A stretch of 59,058 nucleotides of DNA from Chloroflexota bacterium (GTDB lineage: Bacteria; Chloroflexota; Dehalococcoidia; UBA2979): NCBI GenBank assembly GCA_003670735.1, contig QWQU01000002.1, forward strand, positions 1 through 59,058, given 5' to 3'. The translations under genes were made by a program, and so were the position numbers. The first letter of the stretch is position 1. Each line of letters starts with the position of its first letter. The notes below the pieces were generated by a model, which was given only the letters and a program-made list of their open reading frames with translations, did not search any database and was not told the DNA's origin. Below, one piece after another: positions 43,451 to 51,222 of this stretch.

Positions 43451-44536
43451 ATGCCGGTCGACCCCGTCAGCTCCCCCAGCTCGGCCTATCCGCAGGCCAC
43501 CCCCACCCCGCCACCCTCGAGGCGAGACTTCGCCGCGGTCCTCGCGACCCAGCTCGACGAGCCGCGCTCCGACATCGCCCAGGTCCGCGCCGAGATCGCC
43601 GCGATCCGCAGCGGCCGCCCGCCCGCCTCCTCGGCCCCCTCCCGCACCACCTCGAGTAGTGGCGAGACGCTCGCCCAGAAGCTCCAGAACTGGAGCGCCC
43701 ACGGCACCGGCCCGGACGACCAGTACGGATGGCGAGTCCTCACCCGCGCCTACGGCGAGGACGTCGCCCCCGGCTTCGGCACCCTGTTCGAGCGCCAGAT
43801 CAACCAGGAGTCAGGCTTCAACCCCGAGGTCGTCCTCGGGCAGCGGAAGTCGTCCGCCGGCGCCGAGGGCATCGCACAGCTGATGCCGCAGTTCTATCCG
43901 GGCGTCGATCGCACTGATCCGCAGGCCTCCCTTGCCGCTGCGGCGGACTCGATGCGGCACTACTTGCAGGCGTTCGATGGGGACGCGCGCAAGGCGCTCG
44001 CCTCGTACAACGCGGGGATGGGACGGGTGCAGCAGCTCGTGGCGGCGCACGGGGCGAACTGGGAGCAGGCACTACCCCTCGAGACGAAGCAGTACCTGGG
44101 GGCGATCCTCGGGGATACGAATGGGCGGATCGTGGCTCGCACCGGCTCGAGTGCCGGGGCGGGGGTGTTCGGCGGGCGCGGGGCGGGCGGGGTGCTGACC
44201 TCGCCGCTGGACCGCGTGATCGCGAAGCTGCGCGACGGCGATGGCCTCGCGCTGCGGGCGCTGGCGGGCGCAGACGTGCGCGCACCGGCGGATGGCGTGG
44301 TGACGAGCATCGGCGCGAGCCCGCTGGGGTCATTGCTGACGCTCGACAACGGGAACGGGTGGAGCACGACGCTCGACGGACTCGGGAGGCTGACGCCGAA
44401 GCTCGGCGATCATGTCTCGCGCGGGAGCGTGCTGGGCACGCTGGCGGGCGGCGACGGGATGGAGACGGCGATGCGGCTGGGGGTCCTCCTCAATGGTCGG
44501 GCGGTGGATCCGCGCTCGTTCCTGCTGGGCAGCTAA
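43451..44536 (+). CDS. lytic transglycosylase (SLT) domain fused to a degenerate LytM/M23 domain
   Basis: 361 aa. The SLT motifs are ..QINQESGFNPEVV.. and ..AEGIAQLMPQFY.. The C-terminal M23-like fold (..APADGVVTSIG..LLTLDNGNGWSTTLDGLG..GSVLGTLAG..) lacks the HxxxD and HxH metal ligands. No signal peptide or TM is evident at the N-terminus. Confidence 0.7.
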   Translation: MPVDPVSSPSSAYPQATPTPPPSRRDFAAVLATQLDEPRSDIAQVRAEIAAIRSGRPPASSAPSRTTSSSGETLAQKLQNWSAHGTGPDDQYGWRVLTRAYGEDVAPGFGTLFERQINQESGFNPEVVLGQRKSSAGAEGIAQLMPQFYPGVDRTDPQASLAAAADSMRHYLQAFDGDARKALASYNAGMGRVQQLVAAHGANWEQALPLETKQYLGAILGDTNGRIVARTGSSAGAGVFGGRGAGGVLTSPLDRVIAKLRDGDGLALRALAGADVRAPADGVVTSIGASPLGSLLTLDNGNGWSTTLDGLGRLTPKLGDHVSRGSVLGTLAGGDGMETAMRLGVLLNGRAVDPRSFLLGS

Positions 44537-44606
44537 TTTCTCGACCAGTCGCGACTGTTGCGGACGATGCGATACACTGCCGCGACGGTCGCGAGACCGT
44601 GTCTGT

Positions 44607-44683
44607 GGTGGGCGTCGCCTAGCGGTTAAGGCGCCAGGTTGTGGCCCTGGAGACCGAGGGTTCAAATCCCTCCGCCCACCCCA
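44607..44683 (+). tRNA. tRNA-His (anticodon GTG) with encoded G-1 and 3' CCA
   Basis: I folded the cloverleaf by hand. It has G(-1), acceptor GTGGGCG/CGCCCAC, D arm GCC..GGC and anticodon stem CCAGG/CCTGG with loop TTGTGGC. The T arm is GAGGG-TTCAAAT-CCCTC, the discriminator is C, and CCA follows. Confidence 0.9.
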
Positions 44684-44732
44684 TTTCGACTCTTCGCACG
44701 GCCCGCAGCCGCTCCACCCGAAAGGTCCTGAG

Positions 44733-45974
44733 ATGCGCCGCTGGTCTGTCCCGTTGCCCGGGCTGCTCTCCGCCCTGCTGATCGTCTCCACATCACTCGC
44801 CTTGATTGGCTGTTCGAAGGCTCCAAGCACGGGGCGCTCGATCGCTGATGTCGTGCTGCGCGTCGGTGAGGACGTAGGCACCGAGGTCGAGACGTACGAG
44901 GGGCAAATGGCCCCCGGCCTGGACGCAGCATTGAACGCGGACAACCCGAACGCGAAGGACCGTGTGGCACTGCCGCAGCCGCCGAGCTCGACGCTGGTCG
45001 GCTCCGGACGCGTGGCGCGTGCAGATGGCTCGACGACGTTCTTCCTGATGTACGAGGTGAAGAGCGCCGAGTCGACGGTGTCGGCCGCGATGCACGACCT
45101 GGTGGACACGACGCCGTGGCAGGTCACGGGCGGCCAGTCGAGCGAGGGTGTGTCGGCGTTCAACTTCCAGAACACTCGCAACCCCGGGATCACGGGGAGC
45201 GCGGTCGTGCAGCCACTGCCGACGACCGATCGCTTCGATGTGAACGTTATGCGCGACGGGAAGCAGAAGTCGCTGAGCGTGCGCCGTCGCTCGTTCGTGC
45301 CGATCCTGGGCGCGGAGTTCAAGGAGAAGGACGGCGGGCTGGTCGTGTCGCGTGTCGTGCCGGGTGAGGCCGCTACGTCCGGGCTGCAGCTGAACGACCG
45401 CGTGGTGTCGCTGGCCGGCAAGGACGTGAAGGACAACGCGTCGATGCAGACAGCGCTGCGATCGCTGTCGACGACGGGTGATCCGCGCACGAGCGTGGTC
45501 TACATCATGAAGGTGGCACCGGATCTGCCGCTGCAGGCGGCATTCTCGGCGCCGCCTCCGCGCGCGCTGCCGAAGGACTTCCCCGCTCCGTTCCTGGTAC
45601 TGCCCGGCACGACGCCGGTCGCGGTGCGATGGAGCGAGGGCAGCGCGGGATCCACGTACGAAGTGACGTTGCTGGTGCGAGCTTCGCTGGGCGACACACT
45701 GAAGGCGTACCGCGCCACGCTGACGGCGCAGAAGCTGGCGATCACGAGCGACACCGCTCAAGGCAGCGCGACGAGCCTGGAGTTCGCGTCGGCCGATGGC
45801 TCGCTGTCCGGAACGGCAGCGATCGATACGTTCGAGCAGGACGATTCGTTCACGGCGATCTCGCTGCAGCTGCGCTCGCAGGCTCCGGGGCGCGTACCGC
45901 CCGGTGGCTCGCTGGTGCCGCAGGGGACGGCGCCGGCCGGTACGCCGACTGCGACGGGAACGCCGCGCGGGTAA
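44733..45974 (+). CDS. lipoprotein with PDZ domain
   Basis: I place the start at ATG 44733 (MRRWSVPLPGLLSALLIVSTSLALIGCSK, with lipobox LIGC). The PDZ-like region is ..GGLVVSRVVPGEAATSGLQLNDRVVSLAGKDVKD.. The track ORF 44412..45974 runs through the tRNA gene. Confidence 0.65.
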   Translation: MRRWSVPLPGLLSALLIVSTSLALIGCSKAPSTGRSIADVVLRVGEDVGTEVETYEGQMAPGLDAALNADNPNAKDRVALPQPPSSTLVGSGRVARADGSTTFFLMYEVKSAESTVSAAMHDLVDTTPWQVTGGQSSEGVSAFNFQNTRNPGITGSAVVQPLPTTDRFDVNVMRDGKQKSLSVRRRSFVPILGAEFKEKDGGLVVSRVVPGEAATSGLQLNDRVVSLAGKDVKDNASMQTALRSLSTTGDPRTSVVYIMKVAPDLPLQAAFSAPPPRALPKDFPAPFLVLPGTTPVAVRWSEGSAGSTYEVTLLVRASLGDTLKAYRATLTAQKLAITSDTAQGSATSLEFASADGSLSGTAAIDTFEQDDSFTAISLQLRSQAPGRVPPGGSLVPQGTAPAGTPTATGTPRG

Positions 45975-45997
45975 GCGTTCGATCTCGGTGCACACAC

Positions 45998-46038
45998 AAC
46001 GAGGTGTGACGGTGACGTCGCACCTCGTTTGTTTCTGT
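45998..46038 (+). terminator. rho-independent terminator after the lipoprotein gene
   Basis: AACGAGGTGTGACG-gtga-CGTCGCACCTCGTT, with one mismatch, followed by TGTTTCTGT. Confidence 0.6.
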
Positions 46039-46135
46039 CGCAGCTATCCCTCGATGACAGGACGAGCAGCCGGTACGGGGAGCGGTGTCATACCGCCACT
46101 ACCACGGGTCAACCACCTAATGTGTCGACCTATTA

Positions 46136-46157
46136 GGTAGACTTATATGGTAGACTT
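46136..46157 (+). promoter_or_regulatory. two 9-bp direct repeats GGTAGACTT spaced 13 bp apart, upstream of the small zinc-ribbon gene
   Basis: The repeats lie at 46136..46144 and 46149..46157, flanking TATAT in the most AT-rich part of the window. This could be a promoter or operator. Confidence 0.35.
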
Positions 46158-46177
46158 CATGGCGAAGGGGAGGCGTG

Positions 46178-46327
46178 ATGCCCAAAGACCCAACCATCGT
46201 GATGATCGAAGGCCGTCGCTGCCTGCAATGCGAATACAAATGGGTTCCACGCGGCGAGGGACGCCCTGCACTCTGCCCCAAGTGCAAGAGTCTTCGCTGG
46301 GACAAGCCGAAGCGCGAACCGAAATAG
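46178..46327 (+). CDS. 49-aa zinc-ribbon protein (below the ORF-track length cutoff)
   Basis: My own translation is MPKDPTIVMIEGRRCLQCEYKWVPRGEGRPALCPKCKSLRWDKPKREPK*. It has a CxxC-N17-CxxC pattern. GGAGG lies 5 nt upstream of the ATG. Confidence 0.5.
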   Translation: MPKDPTIVMIEGRRCLQCEYKWVPRGEGRPALCPKCKSLRWDKPKREPK

Positions 46328-46350
46328 ACTGACCGGGGAGGTACTTTGCC

Positions 46351-46698
46351 ATGCTGACTTGCGATCACGTTTGCAACTGGCATATCGGAATGGGCGAGGA
46401 GTATCGCTACGGCGATGAGCTTGATGAGTTGCTCGCCAAGTGGAGCGCAGACCGAGGCCGACAGGAAGCACGGGTTGAGGCAAGCCGGGAGATCGGGAGC
46501 CTTCGGCAAGAAGTAGACCGACTCCAACGCGACGTTGCCGTGCTCCAACAGAAACTCGGCACGCGAACGCGGCGCGTGTCCATCCAGCAAGAGCTGCGCC
46601 AGCGCATCGTGCAGATCGACCTACGCACTCAGCGCATCGCAGCCGTGATCGACCGGGACCTACTTGATGAGCCGGAAGAGGGCGACGAGCAGGAGTAA
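46351..46698 (+). CDS. hypothetical coiled-coil protein with acidic C-terminus
   Basis: 115 aa. GGGGAGG lies 9 nt upstream of ATG 46351. Heptad-like stretches occur (..EIGSLRQEVDRLQRDVAVLQQKLG..). The protein ends DEPEEGDEQE. The segment is lower in GC. Confidence 0.45.
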   Translation: MLTCDHVCNWHIGMGEEYRYGDELDELLAKWSADRGRQEARVEASREIGSLRQEVDRLQRDVAVLQQKLGTRTRRVSIQQELRQRIVQIDLRTQRIAAVIDRDLLDEPEEGDEQE

Positions 46699-46821
46699 CT
46701 GGCTCGCGGCCCCGATCCTTTCTGCACCACTCCCCAAACGACAGCCATCACACCCATGCAAAGCGCATGGGTGCGTCATTTGCGCCTTGGTGCTCATTGG
46801 CGAGACCGTCAGGCTGGACAG

Positions 46822-48000
46822 ATGCACGCCGACGAGCACGCCTCGCTCCAACGGTTCCGGCAGGAATATCAGCCGGGCGCCACGGTGTACGAGCAGGGGA
46901 CGAACCCTGCCGAGTTCTTCGTGCTCGCGTCCGGGCGCGTGGTCTTCGAGGTGCTGGACTCGCTAGGCGCGCGGACCACGGTCGGCGAAGTGCTGGCCGG
47001 TGGCGTGTTTGGTCTCGTGAGCGCGTTCTCGGGGCGACCGACGTCTGCCGCAGCGCGGACAGCGGCGAAGAGCGAAGTCCTCGCGATTCCGGTGAGCGAG
47101 GCAGCTGAGGCATTCCGCAACGCGCCCGAGCTGGCGGTACGGATCGTGCGCCAGTTCGCAAACGAGCGACTGGCACCCCCATCAGCCGCACCGAACGTGG
47201 ATGAAGTGGCGATCGAACCCGAGCCGCCCTCCCTGCTTCCACTGCACATGTTCAATGACGACGCGCACTCACCGGTCCCTGAAGTCGATGCACAGCTCGG
47301 CGCCTTCAACGAGGCGTGGTTCTTCCGCGACGACGCGCAGTGCCCGGTGTGCCGCAACACGTTCCCCTACCTGCGTGTGCGCGCGAGTGCAGTGCGTCCG
47401 GCAAGCCGCGATAGCGACTTCCGGATCGCCTACCGCACCGTCGACCCCTCGCTGTACTCGGTGTCGGTCTGCCCGCACTGCGCGTATGCCTCGTACCTCG
47501 AGGACTTCGCCGAGGTGGACGCCAACGAGCGTCGCGCGCTGCTGACGACCCGCAGCGAGCGACTTGGGATGGTCTCGCAGGGCGTCGCCGGTGAGCGCGA
47601 CATCGAAAGTGGCATGGTCTCGCTGCGACTGGCACTGGCCTGCGCGGAAACGCGCGGCAGCGGCCCGCGACGCATCGCCGGCCTCGTGCACCGACTGGCG
47701 TGGCTCGAGCGATCGCGCACCGACGAGGACGCCGAGCGTGTGCTGCTGCAGCAGGCGCGCGACACCTACGTCTCCGTGTACGAGCAGGATCCTGACATCC
47801 AGGACGCATCCGCGATGCGCGTGGCGTACCTGATCGGCGACCTCTCGCTGCGCCTTGGCGACCCGGGCACTGCTCGGAAGTGGCTGCTGGAATGCGTGGC
47901 GATGAAGACCGCGGAGCGTCAGGAAGGGCTGCTGCGCATGGCTCGGCTGCGCCTCGATGACGCGCGCGAAGCCCAGCATGAAGCCGCTCGAACCGCCTAG
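46822..48000 (+). CDS. cyclic-nucleotide-binding domain fused to a DUF2225-type zinc-ribbon/helical-repeat domain
   Basis: I place the start at ATG 46822 (MHADEHASLQRFRQEY..). The cNMP-like barrel is ..EFFVLASGRVVFEVLDSLGARTTVGEVLAGGVFG..RTAAKSEVLAIP.. It is followed by ..CPVCRNTFPYLRVR..DFRIAYRTVDPSLYSVSVCPHCAYAS.. and a helical C-terminus. Confidence 0.65.
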   Translation: MHADEHASLQRFRQEYQPGATVYEQGTNPAEFFVLASGRVVFEVLDSLGARTTVGEVLAGGVFGLVSAFSGRPTSAAARTAAKSEVLAIPVSEAAEAFRNAPELAVRIVRQFANERLAPPSAAPNVDEVAIEPEPPSLLPLHMFNDDAHSPVPEVDAQLGAFNEAWFFRDDAQCPVCRNTFPYLRVRASAVRPASRDSDFRIAYRTVDPSLYSVSVCPHCAYASYLEDFAEVDANERRALLTTRSERLGMVSQGVAGERDIESGMVSLRLALACAETRGSGPRRIAGLVHRLAWLERSRTDEDAERVLLQQARDTYVSVYEQDPDIQDASAMRVAYLIGDLSLRLGDPGTARKWLLECVAMKTAERQEGLLRMARLRLDDAREAQHEAARTA

Positions 48001-48007
48001 CTTCGAC

Positions 48008-49030
48008 ATGCCACGTTTCGAGTATGGGCCCGAGCCACGCTGGCCCTGGCGACGCATCGCGCGCTATGTACTCGCGATCGCATTCGTCGTGACACTGGCT
48101 TGGACACTCCCGATCGAGGGATCGCAGGCGGCTGATCATCAGTTGCTCGTGGTTGCTGATCTGCGCGGACAAGCACTGGTAATCGTCGATCTCACTGATC
48201 CCGCGGCGACACGCCGGATCGCGCTGCCGGGTGGGCCGCACGAGCTCGTGCGATTGCCGGATGGGCGTGTCGTTGCGTCGCTCGAGCAAGCGGGCGCACT
48301 CGCGGTGGTGGACATCAACAGCGGCGTGGTGGAGACGGTGGCGCTCGGCGGGCTGCCGCACGGGCTCGCGCTACACGAGGGCGTGCTCGATGTGACCGAC
48401 CGCTCGCGTGGGGTCGTGCGACAACTTCGCACGAGCGACTGGTCCGAAGAACCTGCAATCGACGCGGGGACGTGGCCGCATGCGGTGGCGGCGCTGCCGA
48501 CGGGTGGACTCGCGGTGGCGGACGCGGCGGGGAACTCGCTGCTACTCAACGGACGACGCGTCGAGGCCTCGGAGTTGCCGGAGACGGTGGCGGTCTCGCC
48601 GGATGGCCAGCGGGTCGCAACGGCGGGCGCGCTGGGTGACGCGGTCGAGGTCTTCGACCGCGATGGCACTCGGATCCTGCGAGTCGCGGTCGGCGGCCGG
48701 CCGGTGCGCGTGGCGTTCTCGCCCGATGGCACACAGATCGCAGCGGCACTCTCGGCGAGCGCGGGCGTGGCACTGCTCGATGCACGGACTGGCGAGGCGC
48801 GGCTGGTGGCGATCGGCGGGCTGCCGGACGGGCTGCTCTACGCGGGTGGGTTGCTGTACGCGGGCGACCTCAGTGCCGGGCGGATCGTGGCGATCGATGC
48901 CAAGGCCGCGCGTGTGCTCGCGAGCTACGAGGTGCAGGCGGCCGGCCAGGTGCGGAGCGCAGGCGCGATGCTAGCGTTCGAGCACAGCGGGGCGGTGGGC
49001 GGACTGCTCTGTCCGATCGTGCGACAATAG
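48008..49030 (+). CDS. membrane-anchored YVTN/YncE-like beta-propeller repeat protein
   Basis: I place the start at ATG 48008 (MPRFEYGPEPRWPWRRIARYVLAIAFVVTLAWTL, one TM), just after the upstream stop at 48000. Units of about 40 aa recur (..GGPHELVRLPDGRVVAS.., ..PETVAVSPDGQRVATA.., ..RPVRVAFSPDGTQIAAA..). Confidence 0.7.
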   Translation: MPRFEYGPEPRWPWRRIARYVLAIAFVVTLAWTLPIEGSQAADHQLLVVADLRGQALVIVDLTDPAATRRIALPGGPHELVRLPDGRVVASLEQAGALAVVDINSGVVETVALGGLPHGLALHEGVLDVTDRSRGVVRQLRTSDWSEEPAIDAGTWPHAVAALPTGGLAVADAAGNSLLLNGRRVEASELPETVAVSPDGQRVATAGALGDAVEVFDRDGTRILRVAVGGRPVRVAFSPDGTQIAAALSASAGVALLDARTGEARLVAIGGLPDGLLYAGGLLYAGDLSAGRIVAIDAKAARVLASYEVQAAGQVRSAGAMLAFEHSGAVGGLLCPIVRQ

Positions 49031-49068
49031 AGGTCACAACACGGGCAGCACCCGAGGGGCCGCACCGC

Positions 49069-49479
49069 GTGCCGTTGACTGAGACCTGTGCACACGCCAA
49101 TGGCTTTCTGCGAGGCTCCTGTAGTACAGAGGCCATCGCGGAGTGTGTCTACTGCGGCAAGCCGTTCTGTGGACAACACGGGGAGCTGGGCGCGGATTTC
49201 ACCAATGTCTGCGATCGAAAGACGTGCGTTGCGAAAACTCGCGATGTCCAAGCGCATATCGAGTGGAAAGAACGCGTCTCGGCGGCGAACAAGTTCAGCG
49301 TCTGCGCCGCCGATGAGTGCCAGGACCGGATGCGGCACCTCTGCTCACGCTGCCACCTGATGTTCTGCGCGGAGCACGTGGCCGAGCATACGGTCGTGAA
49401 CCGAACCGTGATGCCGACTCGGCGCGAGATCGTGATCATGTGCAATCACTGCCGCGACCGCCGTCGACTCTGGGACTAG
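49069..49479 (+). CDS. cysteine/histidine-rich protein with two C-x2-C-x4-C-x2-H modules (AN1-like zinc finger?)
   Basis: 136 aa from GTG 49069. The two modules are ..ECVYCGKPFCGQHG.. and ..LCSRCHLMFCAEHVAEH.., plus a terminal ..MCNHCRDRR.. The (F)C-x2-H signature recalls AN1-type fingers, but the assignment is tentative. Confidence 0.5.
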   Translation: MPLTETCAHANGFLRGSCSTEAIAECVYCGKPFCGQHGELGADFTNVCDRKTCVAKTRDVQAHIEWKERVSAANKFSVCAADECQDRMRHLCSRCHLMFCAEHVAEHTVVNRTVMPTRREIVIMCNHCRDRRRLWD

Positions 49480-49575
49480 CGCGCTCGTTCTTGGTCTCGA
49501 ACGCTCTGGTCTTGTGCGCTGTGTCGTCTCGATGGCGACGAGTTGGCGTGTGCGAGCGGACGTGAGCCTCGAGGG

Positions 49576-51219
49576 CTACGTGTAGAGGATGCGGAAGGCT
49601 TGCGGGTCGCGGTCGCGCACGGGGTTTGTGCCGGGCGCCATGTCGTTCCAGCGGGCGAGCATGCGGTGGATGTCGGCTGACATCGCCATCGAGCGGCCTG
49701 CGATCGTTTCGCCAATCACGTTGCCGGTCGGGTCGACGATGAAGCCGCCGCCGTTGGCTGCCGTGTCGCTCGCGCAGATCACGTAAGCGCGTTCCTCGTT
49801 CGCTCGTGCGCGCGCGATGGTGCGCAGCGGGGCGCCGACGGCGCCAGCCGACCAGGCGATGATCTCGGCGCCGCGCAGCTTCAGACCTCGAGCGACCTCG
49901 GGCACCATGCCCTCGACGCCGGCCATCAGGCCGATGTTGCCGATGCTGGTCTGCACGACCGGAGCGGGCAGATCGCCGTGCGAGAAGCCCATGTCTTCCT
50001 CGGCGGGGGTGAGGTGGGTCTGCCGGTGCGCGCCGAGCACAGTGCCACCGCCGAGCAGGTACGCGGTGCGATACGTGCGGCCCTCGACGCGCTCGGCGAT
50101 GGTCGCCATGAGCAGGATGCCGGTCTCGCGGGAGAGCGGCTGGAGCAACAGCGGGAGCAGCTCCTGCTGGCTCAAACCTCGAATGTCGCTGCCGCTGAGA
50201 TCGGGTAGCACCACCAGCGAACTGCCCTGCTGCCAGAGCGAGCGCACGAGCGTGCCGACCTGCTCGATCAGATCGACGGCGGACGGGATCGCATCGAAGC
50301 TGATCGCGGCGGCGCGCGCACCGCCACCGTCGACGGTGAGCGGCTGACGTGCGAGCCACGAGGCACGCGAAACGTCACCTGCCATTGAGGCGTCCTCGTA
50401 CAACTCGGGACGACGTGGGATGGGCTGCGCACGCGGCGTGTCGAGATCGATCGTGTAGACGACGATGCCGGGCTGATCGGGGGGTGCGGCGGCAACCCAG
50501 TTGCCGTTGGGACCGCAGACACCGGAGCGGCCGGCGTAGATCAGCGTGTCGGCCTCGGGGCCGCACTTGTCGGCGGCGACGATCCAGGTGCGGTTCTCGA
50601 TCGCTCGCGCGGGGATCAGGTAGTCGACCTGCGGCGTGGAAAGCGCTGCTGGATCGCGGCCGGACGAGACCCACGCGGTGCTATCGACGAGCACCTCGGC
50701 GCCGCCGAGGGCGAGCGCGCGCGGGATCTCGGGGAGCCGCGCGTCGGCGCAGACGAACATGCCGGTACGCGTGCCAGCGACCTCGAACACCTCGTGCGTG
50801 GTGCCGGGTGTGAACCATTCGCTGTCGAAGTGCCAGAGGAACGCCTTCGGGGTACGGCCCTGCACCCGTCCGTCCGGGCCGATGAGCACGCTCGCGTTCT
50901 CGAGGCGACCCATGGCGGGTGTACCCGGGCGACCGTGCAGCACGAGACCCGCGGCGATCGAGGTCTGGTAGCGCTGCGCGCGCTCACCAAGGATCGCGAG
51001 CACCTCGTCGTCCGGCAGCACGCCGGCGGCGTCGTAGACGGCGCGCGAGTGCAGAAAGTACGCGGGGTACGAGGCCTCCGGCAGCACGATCAGATCAGGG
51101 TGCGGCGTTGCCAGCGCAGCCTGATCGATGTGCGCGAGGAGGTCGTCCCACGCCTCGCGGTGCTGAGCGAGGTCGAAGGCGCGCAGCTGCAGCAGCGCGA
51201 CGGTGAGCGTACGAGCCAT
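49576..51219 (-). CDS. tandem carbon-nitrogen hydrolase (nitrilase-superfamily) protein
   Basis: 547 aa. Domain 1 retains the E-K-C triad context (..LIVLPEASYP.., ..RTPKAFLW.., ..GMFVCADARLPE..). Domain 2 is degenerate at those positions (..LVVLPDLSGS.., ..IGLMAGVEGMVPE.., with Cys replaced by Ala). Confidence 0.8.
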   Translation of the reverse strand: MARTLTVALLQLRAFDLAQHREAWDDLLAHIDQAALATPHPDLIVLPEASYPAYFLHSRAVYDAAGVLPDDEVLAILGERAQRYQTSIAAGLVLHGRPGTPAMGRLENASVLIGPDGRVQGRTPKAFLWHFDSEWFTPGTTHEVFEVAGTRTGMFVCADARLPEIPRALALGGAEVLVDSTAWVSSGRDPAALSTPQVDYLIPARAIENRTWIVAADKCGPEADTLIYAGRSGVCGPNGNWVAAAPPDQPGIVVYTIDLDTPRAQPIPRRPELYEDASMAGDVSRASWLARQPLTVDGGGARAAAISFDAIPSAVDLIEQVGTLVRSLWQQGSSLVVLPDLSGSDIRGLSQQELLPLLLQPLSRETGILLMATIAERVEGRTYRTAYLLGGGTVLGAHRQTHLTPAEEDMGFSHGDLPAPVVQTSIGNIGLMAGVEGMVPEVARGLKLRGAEIIAWSAGAVGAPLRTIARARANEERAYVICASDTAANGGGFIVDPTGNVIGETIAGRSMAMSADIHRMLARWNDMAPGTNPVRDRDPQAFRILYT

Positions 51220-51222
51220 GCG

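Noticed and set aside
44330-45995. Minus-strand ORFs 44330..45490 (386 aa) and 44793..45995 (400 aa)
   Set aside because: They are antisense to the lipoprotein/PDZ gene. One would also run across the tRNA-His gene. Their Arg-rich composition is typical of shadow frames.
44607-46750. Integrative element or prophage remnant inserted at tRNA-His
   Set aside because: There is no integrase or recombinase and no direct repeat of the tRNA 3' end downstream. A native-looking lipoprotein gene separates the tRNA from the lower-GC islet.
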